A stretch of 64,000 nucleotides of DNA from positions 1 through 64,000 of IMG/VR virus record IMGVR_UViG_3300020440_001565; one strand, 5' to 3'. Below the pieces are notes generated by a model. It saw only the letters and a program-made list of their open reading frames with translations, did not search any database and had not been told where the DNA came from. Of the stretch, positions 1-9,941 are shown one piece after another. The DNA comes from a virus (taxonomy: Duplodnaviria > Caudoviricetes). Position 1 is the stretch's first letter. The number at the start of each line of letters is the position of its first letter. A program made the position numbers and the translations under genes.

Positions 1-56
1 CTTTTTTCCTTCCTGTTTTGGTTTTTCTTTTTTCTTAAAAATGTTTTTTATAAACT

Positions 57-248
57 TCACAGAGATCCCTCTACTTTTGTTGTATCCATTAATTTTGGTT
101 CATCACACCCGCCGCCAATAGATCCATCACATTCTAAATTATGTTCTAACACACTCACCCATTTGGTTGTTACTGTGACATAAACTACACCCCAGGCAAT
201 TATAATTGCTACCAATAAAGGTCCCCATGAATTCCATAACCCTTTCAT
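57..248 (-). CDS. small membrane protein, hypothetical
   Basis: ORF track 57..281; internal ATG at 248 overlaps the upstream stop (TAATG); hydrophobic N-terminal stretch. Confidence 0.6.
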   Translation of the reverse strand: MKGLWNSWGPLLVAIIIAWGVVYVTVTTKWVSVLEHNLECDGSIGGGCDEPKLMDTTKVEGSL

Positions 249-649
249 TATTCGTCCTCTGGTTGATATTTGTAAGTCCATGGTGGCTTGAACCTAATTA
301 TTAAAACAGCCAAAGCAATAATGGCAATCGCACCTGCTTCATAAAGCAATGTAATTGGATCCATCTCTTTGCCTTGTAGTATTATCAATCTTGCTAGAGC
401 CGTCATTGCAATAAACAAAGGTAATGTAATTGGTATTCTATTACTTGCATAGAACACACCAACCATTCCTAGCACCTCTGTATAAATGAACAACAATAAC
501 AAGTCAGCTAATTTAACTGTACCAATTTCCCATATATGAACTAGTTCTTGTGCAGTTGCAATCAGTGTTAATATAGCAATCAAGGCCAACAGACCTTTTT
601 CAATTGTAATAATACTTTGAGTTGCGGTTGATTTAAGTTTCTTATTCAT
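248..649 (-). CDS. PsiE-like (phosphate-starvation-inducible) membrane protein
   Basis: Four hydrophobic segments with LLLFIYTEV and ITLPLFIAMTALAR motifs resembling PsiE; GAGGAG RBS before ATG at 649. Confidence 0.65.
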   Translation of the reverse strand: MNKKLKSTATQSIITIEKGLLALIAILTLIATAQELVHIWEIGTVKLADLLLLFIYTEVLGMVGVFYASNRIPITLPLFIAMTALARLIILQGKEMDPITLLYEAGAIAIIALAVLIIRFKPPWTYKYQPEDE

Positions 650-1022
650 GCTCTCCTCCTGGATCATTTGGATCAAGTTTTACTTTTTCTAACTTGCCTT
701 TATCAGACAGATACATTACTTGACTTCTTGCTCTTCCTGGAGAGTGATAACCTTTCTTAAAATAAAAGGCCTTTGGATTATGTTCAGCAACCTTAAATGT
801 TGCTACGGTTATAACAATACCTGCTACAAAAATAAGGTGAGCAATCGCACTTACACCAAATGCAAATACCGACTCAGCAATCATAATAGCAAAAATTGAA
901 GACCACATAAATGCTAATATCTGCATCACCATATGACGAACTTGTAAATCTGGAATATGTCTCAGAGGATTAATTCTATGATCCATGATTGCATTCCAAC
1001 TATCATACACAAATTGTTTCAT
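642..1022 (-). CDS. hypothetical membrane protein
   Basis: 126-aa ORF, two hydrophobic segments, purine-rich RBS. Confidence 0.7.
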   Translation of the reverse strand: MKQFVYDSWNAIMDHRINPLRHIPDLQVRHMVMQILAFMWSSIFAIMIAESVFAFGVSAIAHLIFVAGIVITVATFKVAEHNPKAFYFKKGYHSPGRARSQVMYLSDKGKLEKVKLDPNDPGGEHE

Positions 1023-1119
1023 AATAATTCTTTCCTTCTTCTCTCTTATTTAAATAGGTTCGGGGAGGTCTAGTGACTTATAGTCAGCAGAGAGAGGGCG
1101 ACCTCCCCTAACGGTCAGC

Positions 1120-2229
1120 TTATTGTATTTCAGACAATAAGTTTCCGTATCTCTTATAGAACCTGTCGAAGTTTTTCAACTCCTTTGGTGAGAATGGAAG
1201 TTGTGCCTTAAGAGCACTTCTGATTCCAAGTATCACCATTTCAGGTTCCATGTTATCCATTAAAAAGCCTAGGTAAGTGTCGGCGTGTTTGTGCCACTCT
1301 TTAACCTTCTTAGACTTTTCAGCTTGGATAAACAAATCCTTAAGCTCGTATGTAAGAGCCGTTGTCAGCGAGTACATAGCACTCACATCTTTGTCTTTAA
1401 GACTCTTAACTTTGCCTTTCAATATATCTGATGGATTAGGCATCTTAGAAGAAAGTTTTCTGTGAGCTTGAAACTTCACAGCCAAACCTTCGCCAACTGA
1501 ACCTGATATCATATCAGTTAATATTGACTCTGGCATTTCATCATCAATTAACTCTGATACGAAAGTCCAAGATCTTGGAGTAGCAAAACCCCTAGATGAA
1601 CTTCTTGGATCAAAGTCATATAAATCACTTTTAGCAAATGTTAAGTAACCTACAACATCTGCATGGATACCTTTACCAGTTGCCCATGCCTGCCAATCTT
1701 CAAAGTTTGGCGCCATTTCAATATGAACAAATCTGTTCGCAAGTGGTGATGGCATTCTATAAGTAACACCTCTGTCACTTTCTCTATTACCTGCGGCAAC
1801 AATCGCACAACCTTTTGGTAATGTATATGCACCAATCTTTCTGTTAAGAATAAGTTGGTAAGCGGCCGCTTGTACTGATTGTGGAGCGGCATTAATTTCA
1901 TCCAAGAACAATATATCTGTTGAATTTGGATCTGTTGGAAGGTCCGAACTAGGTGCCCATTCCATTTTACCAGTTTGTTGATTGTAGAATGGAATACCTC
2001 TTAAATCTGTAGGTTCCATTAAAAGCAATCTTAGATCAATAACGTTTCTAGTTGTTTCAATACCGATCTCGTCAACAATTTCAGACTTACCAATGCCTGG
2101 AGGTCCCCAGATCATTACTGGTCTTTGTTTGCTGATTAAGTGTTTAATTTCGACCTTTGCATCTGCTGGTCTAACAGTTCTATACTCTGCTACGTTGTTT
2201 CTCATTTTCTTGTCCTCTCTCTTTGGCAT
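1120..2229 (-). CDS. MoxR/dynein-related AAA+ ATPase
   Basis: Walker A GPPGIGKS, Walker B LFLDEIN, AAGN sensor, LANRF arginine finger. Confidence 0.85.
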   Translation of the reverse strand: MPKREDKKMRNNVAEYRTVRPADAKVEIKHLISKQRPVMIWGPPGIGKSEIVDEIGIETTRNVIDLRLLLMEPTDLRGIPFYNQQTGKMEWAPSSDLPTDPNSTDILFLDEINAAPQSVQAAAYQLILNRKIGAYTLPKGCAIVAAGNRESDRGVTYRMPSPLANRFVHIEMAPNFEDWQAWATGKGIHADVVGYLTFAKSDLYDFDPRSSSRGFATPRSWTFVSELIDDEMPESILTDMISGSVGEGLAVKFQAHRKLSSKMPNPSDILKGKVKSLKDKDVSAMYSLTTALTYELKDLFIQAEKSKKVKEWHKHADTYLGFLMDNMEPEMVILGIRSALKAQLPFSPKELKNFDRFYKRYGNLLSEIQ

Positions 2230-2242
2230 AATTTATATTTTA

Positions 2243-2270
2243 ATAATAGCATCATATAGCGATCTGTCAA
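2243..2270 (-). promoter_or_regulatory. sigma70-type promoter
   Basis: TTGACA-N16-TATTAT with TG extension upstream of the AAA gene. Confidence 0.65.
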
Positions 2271-2330
2271 CCACTTTTTTCCACTTTTTTTAAGAAAAAA
2301 AGTCTAATAATTTCAATGATTTAAGTAAAA

Positions 2331-2726
2331 TTACCACTCTTTAGGCATTTTTTCATGGTCTGAAACATACCTAGATTTTGCCCAAATATCCATATCTCCT
2401 GAAGACAATTTGAATTCAAACGCATCTCTTTTATCAAATAGTACTAATTTGGCATTTGAGGCATAATATGGATAAAGTAGTTCTTTATCCAAATAGAATA
2501 TGTGCATAGACTTCAATTTGAAATCATGTGCAAATGGTATTGGATATATTTTGAAGAATTGTTTGAGTATTTGTAAACCGGTATTGTTTAATCTCAAACT
2601 AGTTGAATTGGATCCTTTTACTTGATATAGATGATCCAGTTCTTTTTTATCTAATTCTCTGTTTAAAGTTTTCTTGTTTAGATAATTGAAAAGTTGTTGT
2701 CTTGTTATTTTACTTTTTTGACTCAT
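2331..2726 (-). CDS. hypothetical protein
   Basis: 131-aa ORF in operon-like arrangement. Confidence 0.7.
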   Translation of the reverse strand: MSQKSKITRQQLFNYLNKKTLNRELDKKELDHLYQVKGSNSTSLRLNNTGLQILKQFFKIYPIPFAHDFKLKSMHIFYLDKELLYPYYASNAKLVLFDKRDAFEFKLSSGDMDIWAKSRYVSDHEKMPKEW

Positions 2727-3006
2727 TAAGTACTTCTCCAGATTTTAAAACATGAACAGCAAAATCTTCACACTTGAATAACTTGTTAAGTCTCTCTGCT
2801 AGATTGATTGCGTGTCCTGAATTTGAAAAGGAAACTTTCTTGTACTTAGGTCCTGGGTATGATACCAATGTGTTTAACGATCTAAGATTAATAGGCTTAC
2901 CTTTATGAAATACTGCATATATGGCATCGGCCTTTAATACTTGTTCTGCTTTATATGTTTTTGGATTTGTAAAATCCAAAAGTACATCTGGTTTTGGTCT
3001 ACTCAT
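2710..3006 (-). CDS. hypothetical phage protein
   Basis: 98-aa ORF with AGGA RBS and own promoter. Confidence 0.75.
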   Translation of the reverse strand: MSRPKPDVLLDFTNPKTYKAEQVLKADAIYAVFHKGKPINLRSLNTLVSYPGPKYKKVSFSNSGHAINLAERLNKLFKCEDFAVHVLKSGEVLNESKK

Positions 3007-3029
3007 ATTTTTTATCCTATTAACTACGT

Positions 3030-3058
3030 ATATTATTTATCTTCTTTATTATTGTCAA
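3030..3058 (-). promoter_or_regulatory. sigma70-type promoter
   Basis: TTGACA-N17-TAATAT. Confidence 0.7.
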
Positions 3059-3064
3059 CCACCA

Positions 3065-5092
3065 TTATACGTAAGTAATAGTCACTGTTACAACACCGCT
3101 TGTTGCGTTATTGTGCGTTATTTTAGCTTTGATTTCAAGTTCTGTTGTTTCTGTGCTTGGATACACATATCCTGGTGTTGTTGTATATTGTCCTGTATCA
3201 GTTAAATCATTTTGATCTTCATCTTGGAACTGATCAATATCACTTGTTGTACCTACACTTAATTCAGGTGGGTTGCTTTGTCCTGCGTATGCTGTTTCTA
3301 CATCAACTAATACAGATACTATTCTTGATCCTGGTGACAGTCTTCCTACTGTTACTGTTCTACTTGTTCCAATACCTCCAATCTGTCCTGCTGTGAAAGT
3401 ATATGATATAGAACTTGCATCTGTTGATGCAGAATCTTCATCGCTGATCTGTATCCAGGCTGATCCATCATATAAGAATAATGCCCACTCACCTTCTCCT
3501 GTGTTTACAACATAGGCCATATCACCTTGTGTTACACCAACTGCGGCATTTCTATTTGCAATAGTGGCATAAGTTGTAATAGAACCTGACCCTGAACCTT
3601 GTTCAACATAAAGACCTAATGCATATCTACCATTATGTCCAGATATGATTCCTAAGTCTGTCATTGGTGTTCCTGTTCCATTTTCTATAATAATTTCACC
3701 ACCATCATCTCTTTCTAGTTTTATTAATGCTGAAGGTGTTGCTGGATTGGATAATGGAATACCCGAAATAGAGTTTGGTCCACCGAAGCCAACACCACCA
3801 AAACTTTCACCTGTTCCGTTTACTATTGTAATACTACCACCTGCTGTATTTGTAATGACAAGGTTTGAACCATTTACTGATGCTGTAATATCAGGAACGT
3901 TTGCGGCATTAATATCTGTAACAATATCGTTTACATCAAATGCTGTTGTTCCAAATGTTGCTGTACCCGACGTTGTAGTTGTCAAGTTAACTGTCACTCC
4001 ATTAAGAGTAAAGTCACAAGGTGGTCCACCACCTACAATACCATATGCTAAACCAATACTAGCTGAATCTGTTTCTACTGCAAAAGGTCCTGTTCCTTCA
4101 ATTGCTGTAACTTTGTGAGATGCTGTTGATCCATTAATATCTGATACTGTTGATGTTACATCTGTTCCTGTGAGTGTAACTGTTACATCATTAATGATTA
4201 ATGTATTGTTTGCTGTAACTACTGGATCTAATACTGTACCTGTTATTAAACTTGGAACTGCGTTTGCAATTTTTAAGAACACAGGTTTACCTGTATCACT
4301 TGTTGTTAAGTCACCTGATCCATCAATAGTTGTGTAAATAAAATCACCTACAAGACCTGGTAGTCCTGGAACAAAATCAATTACACCTGTTTGTGGTCTT
4401 AATAGAAATTTGTTTGGTCCTGGTCCTGGATGTGTTACTGTGCCAATAACTCTGTCTCTACTGGCCGCTGTTACTTTTTCAATTTGTCTTGTCGTGGCAT
4501 TCGCGGCCACAACATCACCTGTTTCAAATCCATGTCCTGATTGATCTAGTTCATAGTTTAGTTGTGGATTTAGGTATTGGAATCTTGAATTTAAGTTTGC
4601 ATAAAAGTCTGATGATACAACAGATAGTGGCAATGGATCAACCATAGGATGACCATTTTCATTAATCTGTATTACAAGTGCCGCACCCGGTACTGAAAAT
4701 ATACCTGAACCTGTAGATGATCTAAATGTATTATATCTTAAAATATCTTCAACAACACAGGTTACAGTAGTGTTTGTCTTTGCTGATATTTCTATAATTT
4801 TGACTCCTCTACCATCACTGGCTCCAACAACAAAATCACCAACAACAATATCAAATGCATTGAATTTAAATGGTGTTCTTGTTAAGTGTGATCCGTGATC
4901 AATACCTGCTGTTGATTGTAAAGTTAGTGTGAGGTTCCAACGATATGCTCTTGGTGATTGTCCACCACTCCACCACTTGTCATCAGATGTGTTTTGGTGA
5001 GGCCATCTTGCATTCTCTGAAAGACCACTACAGTTAACTGGTATAACTTTTGCTGGAACATTAAGGTCAATGGACGATGTTTTATATGCCAT
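3065..5092 (-). CDS. putative virion structural protein (tail/baseplate associated)
   Basis: 675 aa, Gly/Thr/Ser/Val-rich beta composition, adjacent to the tail-fibre gene. Confidence 0.6.
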   Translation of the reverse strand: MAYKTSSIDLNVPAKVIPVNCSGLSENARWPHQNTSDDKWWSGGQSPRAYRWNLTLTLQSTAGIDHGSHLTRTPFKFNAFDIVVGDFVVGASDGRGVKIIEISAKTNTTVTCVVEDILRYNTFRSSTGSGIFSVPGAALVIQINENGHPMVDPLPLSVVSSDFYANLNSRFQYLNPQLNYELDQSGHGFETGDVVAANATTRQIEKVTAASRDRVIGTVTHPGPGPNKFLLRPQTGVIDFVPGLPGLVGDFIYTTIDGSGDLTTSDTGKPVFLKIANAVPSLITGTVLDPVVTANNTLIINDVTVTLTGTDVTSTVSDINGSTASHKVTAIEGTGPFAVETDSASIGLAYGIVGGGPPCDFTLNGVTVNLTTTTSGTATFGTTAFDVNDIVTDINAANVPDITASVNGSNLVITNTAGGSITIVNGTGESFGGVGFGGPNSISGIPLSNPATPSALIKLERDDGGEIIIENGTGTPMTDLGIISGHNGRYALGLYVEQGSGSGSITTYATIANRNAAVGVTQGDMAYVVNTGEGEWALFLYDGSAWIQISDEDSASTDASSISYTFTAGQIGGIGTSRTVTVGRLSPGSRIVSVLVDVETAYAGQSNPPELSVGTTSDIDQFQDEDQNDLTDTGQYTTTPGYVYPSTETTELEIKAKITHNNATSGVVTVTITYV

Positions 5093-5102
5093 TTAGTTCT
5101 CC

Positions 5103-8100
5103 TTAACTGCTCATTTGTATCATTACCCAAGCATGAGTGGCCGCTGGTGGAAATCCGCCTTTGTTTGCACCACCTGTTCTATCTCTAGAACAAACTAGTG
5201 TTAATACTTTATCTCCTGCACCAAAGACTGTAGGTGAACCTGCTGAGCCTCCACCTGTCAATGTTCTTGTTGTCATGTTTGAGTCTACTTGGTTAATATT
5301 GTATACATTAGAATCATAAACATATCCGTATAACAATATTGATGTTGGAGGATAGTTGTAATTTGCTATTGTAATTTGTAATGTACCTGCTGATGCGTTT
5401 GTAACTGTTACAGATACATTTGTTGAAGTGTCTGTAATATTATTAATTGAACCATCATTGTTGTAATTAATTTTAAAGTACTCTCCTGTAGCTGATCCGC
5501 CACCGCCACCGCCTGTTGCATCTGCCGCCGGTGACCATTCAGAACCTGACCATTTTAATACTTGTCCTGTGCTTGGTGCTGATGATGATACATCTGTTAA
5601 GTCTCCAAGTACAGTTGCTCCACCTCCGCCGCCGGAGTTGTCATCATCGCCTGCTACAAATGATGATCCATCCCATTTTAGTACTTGCCCTGTTGTGATA
5701 CCTGAAGTATCAACATCTGATAACGCACCAATTGATGATGCACCAATACGTGTATCTGCTCTTGCATCTGCTCTAGCATCTGTGTAATATAAGTTTGTAC
5801 CTTCTGCTAAATTGGTTGTTGATTTTGTTGCAAGTCTATTGTCAAAGTCTGAATTGAAACTTGTATACTCTGCTGGTACATCAGTATTATTTGCTAGTCT
5901 AATCCAAGCACCGCCATGTGCAAAGTAAGCCGCTCCAGTGGCGTGTACATGAGCAAACATACCATGATAAGTTGATGCTGATGGTAAGTCGCCTTCTGCT
6001 GAATAAACATTAGAGAATAAAATTTTGCCTGTTGTAGTAATATTATTACTACCCATGTTCAAGTTAGTGCCTTGTATTGCTGAAATGGCATCTGAATCTG
6101 TGTAACTTGATCCACCACTAATAGTTGTGAAAGATAAGTTGCCGGCTCCATCAGTTACAATGGCTTGTCCATTTGTACCATCTGCTGTTGGCCAATTTAA
6201 TCCATCAAGTACAATGTTGCCTCCTGTTGGATTGATTGTGATGTTGCCTGAATCTGTTGTAACTGCTAATGATGATGTTGAATTAACTGTTGGTGTACCT
6301 GATCCTGATGTTGTAAAGTTACCTGCTGTTACTGTATCAGTTGATGCATTGTAAGTAAATCCTGAATCACCTGCTAGTGAACCATTGTTGTTATACTGTA
6401 CTTCTGTGTTATTACCACCTGCTGATCCTACTGGAGCATTTGCCGGAACAAATGATGATCCGTTCCATGATAATACTTGACCTGATGTAATACCTGCTGT
6501 TGATACATCTGATAATGCATTAACTGATGCGTTTGAAATTCTTGCATCTGCTCTTGCATCGGTATAATATAAATTTGTACCTTCTGAAATCTGTGTTGTT
6601 GTAGATGGTATAGTTGGTGTGTTTGTTAAACTGTTATAGTCTCCATCAAACGCATCAGTAATACCAAAGCCTGCTATTGTAGTTGGTTTGCCTGATAGTG
6701 ATGCCCAATCACTTGCTCCACCTGTGTCATCACTTGCTACAAATGATGATCCATTCCATTTTAAAATTTGTCCTGATGTAATACCCGAAGTATCAACATC
6801 AGATAAGTTTGTAATACTTGCCGCCGCAATTCTTAAATTTGTTCTTGCATCTGCTCTGGCATCTGTATAATATAAATTTGAACCTTCAGCAATATCATCA
6901 GTTGTTGATGGTATTGTTGGCTTGTTAGTTAGATTGTTGTAATCTGTTGTTCCTGCCGGGCCTTGTGGTCCTTGTGGTCCTTGTGGTCCTGTTGCACCAT
7001 CACTACCATCTGCTCCATCTGATCCGTCAGCACCTGCTGGTCCTTGTGGTCCTTGTGGTCCTTGTGGTCCTGTTGCTCCATCTGATCCATCTGCACCTGC
7101 TGGTCCTTGTGGGCCTGTTGCTCCATCTGATCCATCTGCACCTGCTGGTCCTTGTGGGCCTGTTGCTCCATCTGATCCGTCAGCACCATCAGACCCGTCT
7201 GCGCCAGCTGGTCCTTGTATACCTTGTGGGCCTTGTGGTCCTTGTGGTCCTGATTGTGGATCAACAAAACTGAAACTTCCATTACCATCTGTTTTTAATA
7301 CTTGATTAGCTGAACCATCTGCTATACCTAAATTTAAAATTGTTGAAGGTATAGTTGGCTTGTTAGACAAGTTAGTGTAATTTAAATAATATGATCCATC
7401 TTGTCCATCAAGTGTGTCAGCATCAGTACCGCCGCCGCCTGTAGTTGCATCATCACCTGGTGCCCATTGTGAACCGTCCCACTTTAATACTTGTCCTGTG
7501 CTTGGTGCACCTGAACTTACATTTGATAAATCTGCCAGTGCTGATGGTATTGTTGGTTTGTTTGTTAAATTAGTGTAGTCGCCACCAAATGCATCTGTTA
7601 TCCCATAACCAGCTATTGTAGTTGGTTTACCTGTTAGTGAACCAAATGCGCCATCAAACAAACTTGGTAGATTTGATAATGAATTGTAGTTGCCATCAAA
7701 TAAAGTTGGCTTGCCTGTTAGGTCTGCGTATGCACCAGAAAATAAACTTGGTTTGTTTGTTAGGTTATCATAGTCGCCATCAAATAAACTTGGTTTATTT
7801 GTTAAGTTAGTATAGTCTCCATCAAACGCATCTGTTATTCCATAACCAGCTATTGTTGTAGGCTTGTTAGTTATGTTTGCAAATTCGATTGACGAACCTG
7901 ATACATTTCCTGGAACAAAGTTTGTTCCATTCCAAACTAATGCTTGACCATTTGTTGGTGGTGTTGTTGTATCAACATCTGATAAGTCATCTATACTTGA
8001 AGGTATAGTTGGCTTACCTGTTAAGTCTGCGTATGCACCAGAAAAAATTGTTGGTTTGTTTGATAAGTTGTTATAATTTCCATCAAATGCATCTGTAATT

Positions 8101-9530
8101 CCGTAACCTGCTATTGTGGTTGGCTTACCTGTTAATGATGAGAAGTTGCCATCAAATAAAGTTGGCTTGCCTGTTAGGTCTGCGTATGCTCCTGAAAACA
8201 GAGTTGGTGTATTAGATAGATTGTTGTAATTTAGATAGTATGAACCATCTTGTCCATCTAATGTGTCTGCATCTAGACCTCCGCCGCCTTGTGTTATATC
8301 ATTTGCAGGTGCCCAGTTACTACCATCCCATTTTAAAACCTGTCCTGTGTTTGGTGCCGCAACACTCACATTTGATAAATCTGATATCAGTGATGGTATA
8401 CTTGGCTTGTTAGATAAATCTGTGTAAGATCCTGATGTTGCTACAGCCTCTAAATCTGCTGTGTTTGCCTTTGTGGCAATCTGATTTGTTATTGTAGTTG
8501 CAAAGTTTGGATCATCACCTAGTGCCGCCGCTAGTTCATTTAATGTGTCTAAGGCACCTGGCGCTGAATCAATTGCTTCAGCAATTTTTGTATCAACATA
8601 ATTTTTATCTGCTACTGTTGAAATTGTTAAATCTGAAAACTCTAAACCATCACCTAGTGCATTTACTTTTACAAATTTGTTTTCTTGTGATGTGAAATTA
8701 GTTGGTGTATCATCCAGTGATGTAAATGCAAATGCTTGTCCAACGATTGTGTTTGTACCTGTTCTAGTTAATATTTGTCCTGAACCAATATTATTATCAA
8801 CATCAGATAAGTCTGCTAAATTAAAATTACCAATTGATGTTACTGATCCTGATGATGTAGCATGACCATGAATATATGTTGCATAGATATCTGAAAATCT
8901 AAATGAGTTTGAACCTAATGAATAAACATTATCCGCCGCCGGTGTAGAGTTACTATCATATCTTAGATATCTGTTATCTGCTTCGCCTTTTGAAAATACA
9001 TCTAAATTTGTTCTTGATGTTGGCTTGTCTGATAATCCTGCTAAATTGTCTGTCTTTTGTAAAAATACTGTATTGCTTAATCCACCTAGTGTAGATGCAT
9101 CTACATTTGGTCCTAGTGCTATTTGAATTTGTGTTGCATTGCTTGTTAATTGAATTCCAGAACCTTGTTCTAATGATTTAAATTGTAGGTTACCGTTAGC
9201 ATCTTCACTATCGTAAATGCCATGTAAGTTACCACCTGAGCCTAAGTTTGCTCCACCTTGTGCTGATGCATTAATTTGTAATGATGTTGCATCTGCCGAT
9301 AATGTAATTCCGCCACCTGCAACAATAGATTTAAGCTGTAAGTTTGCACCAACTTTCTGTGCATACAAGCCTTCACCTGAACCTAAGTTTTCCGCGTCTG
9401 TGGCTGAATCTGTTGCTGATGATGGGTTTGCATTAACAAACTTCTGCTTTGCTTCGTCATACACCAACGTCTGATTAGAAGACGGGGATTGTACGTCAAA
9501 TAATGTACCTTGTTCTGAACTAATAGCCAT
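5103..9530 (-). CDS. long tail fibre/spike protein with collagen-like segment
   Basis: About 1475 aa; many FDGxYxxLxNKP repeats, repeated LSDV..GQ(V/I)LKW.GS modules, three [10 protein letters not shown] copies, GXY run; GGAG RBS before ATG at 9530. Confidence 0.8.
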   Translation of the reverse strand: MAISSEQGTLFDVQSPSSNQTLVYDEAKQKFVNANPSSATDSATDAENLGSGEGLYAQKVGANLQLKSIVAGGGITLSADATSLQINASAQGGANLGSGGNLHGIYDSEDANGNLQFKSLEQGSGIQLTSNATQIQIALGPNVDASTLGGLSNTVFLQKTDNLAGLSDKPTSRTNLDVFSKGEADNRYLRYDSNSTPAADNVYSLGSNSFRFSDIYATYIHGHATSSGSVTSIGNFNLADLSDVDNNIGSGQILTRTGTNTIVGQAFAFTSLDDTPTNFTSQENKFVKVNALGDGLEFSDLTISTVADKNYVDTKIAEAIDSAPGALDTLNELAAALGDDPNFATTITNQIATKANTADLEAVATSGSYTDLSNKPSIPSLISDLSNVSVAAPNTGQVLKWDGSNWAPANDITQGGGGLDADTLDGQDGSYYLNYNNLSNTPTLFSGAYADLTGKPTLFDGNFSSLTGKPTTIAGYGITDAFDGNYNNLSNKPTIFSGAYADLTGKPTIPSSIDDLSDVDTTTPPTNGQALVWNGTNFVPGNVSGSSIEFANITNKPTTIAGYGITDAFDGDYTNLTNKPSLFDGDYDNLTNKPSLFSGAYADLTGKPTLFDGNYNSLSNLPSLFDGAFGSLTGKPTTIAGYGITDAFGGDYTNLTNKPTIPSALADLSNVSSGAPSTGQVLKWDGSQWAPGDDATTGGGGTDADTLDGQDGSYYLNYTNLSNKPTIPSTILNLGIADGSANQVLKTDGNGSFSFVDPQSGPQGPQGPQGIQGPAGADGSDGADGSDGATGPQGPAGADGSDGATGPQGPAGADGSDGATGPQGPQGPQGPAGADGSDGADGSDGATGPQGPQGPQGPAGTTDYNNLTNKPTIPSTTDDIAEGSNLYYTDARADARTNLRIAAASITNLSDVDTSGITSGQILKWNGSSFVASDDTGGASDWASLSGKPTTIAGFGITDAFDGDYNSLTNTPTIPSTTTQISEGTNLYYTDARADARISNASVNALSDVSTAGITSGQVLSWNGSSFVPANAPVGSAGGNNTEVQYNNNGSLAGDSGFTYNASTDTVTAGNFTTSGSGTPTVNSTSSLAVTTDSGNITINPTGGNIVLDGLNWPTADGTNGQAIVTDGAGNLSFTTISGGSSYTDSDAISAIQGTNLNMGSNNITTTGKILFSNVYSAEGDLPSASTYHGMFAHVHATGAAYFAHGGAWIRLANNTDVPAEYTSFNSDFDNRLATKSTTNLAEGTNLYYTDARADARADTRIGASSIGALSDVDTSGITTGQVLKWDGSSFVAGDDDNSGGGGGATVLGDLTDVSSSAPSTGQVLKWSGSEWSPAADATGGGGGGSATGEYFKINYNNDGSINNITDTSTNVSVTVTNASAGTLQITIANYNYPPTSILLYGYVYDSNVYNINQVDSNMTTRTLTGGGSAGSPTVFGAGDKVLTLVCSRDRTGGANKGGFPPAATHAWVMIQMSS
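6945..7250 (-). repeat. collagen-like (Gly-X-Y)34 coding repeat with exact 45-nt tandem copies
   Basis: [15 protein letters not shown] triplets; 7071-7115 and 7116-7160 are identical, with a partial third copy. Confidence 0.9.
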
Positions 9531-9582
9531 TCCTACTCCAAATATATATTTGTATTGCAATTATTTATCTTGAACTACTTTT

Positions 9583-9921
9583 TTAGTAATTCATTAAAAT
9601 CTTGTCAATACTGCCAGAATTAAGTGTAACTACTGCTCTTAGGTATAAAAAATTTCCAGTGAATGTATAAGCATCAACGACCGTTTGTGCTGTATAATCA
9701 GCTTTATCACCGTCTTTAAGTTGTAATTTAAACCAATCGTTGTCTGTAGGCTCTGTGGCTAAGGTTGCTTGAATCTCGACGCTACCTGTAAAATTGTTAG
9801 GATAGATAGCAAAAGTGTGAACACCGTCTGTGAATCCATAGAAAGAATCTCCAGGAACCTTGTCACCAGTTACTGAAGTCGTTGCTGTAGATGATAATAA
9901 ATTTACACTAGTTCTTGACAT
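9583..9921 (-). CDS. hypothetical late (probably virion) protein
   Basis: 112 aa, beta-rich, exact TATAAATA 5 nt before ATG. Confidence 0.65.
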   Translation of the reverse strand: MSRTSVNLLSSTATTSVTGDKVPGDSFYGFTDGVHTFAIYPNNFTGSVEIQATLATEPTDNDWFKLQLKDGDKADYTAQTVVDAYTFTGNFLYLRAVVTLNSGSIDKILMNY

Positions 9922-9926
9922 ATATG

Positions 9927-9934
9927 TATTTATA
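9927..9934 (-). promoter_or_regulatory. T4-like late promoter TATAAATA
   Basis: Exact octamer; further exact copies at 12249, 51197, 55632, 56405 (-) and 52824 (+). Confidence 0.7.
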
Positions 9935-9941
9935 ATAATAG

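Noticed and set aside
6945-8230. Tandem repeats as a possible CRISPR array
   Set aside because: They are in-frame coding repeats of the fibre, with no constant repeat and unique spacer pattern and no cas genes.
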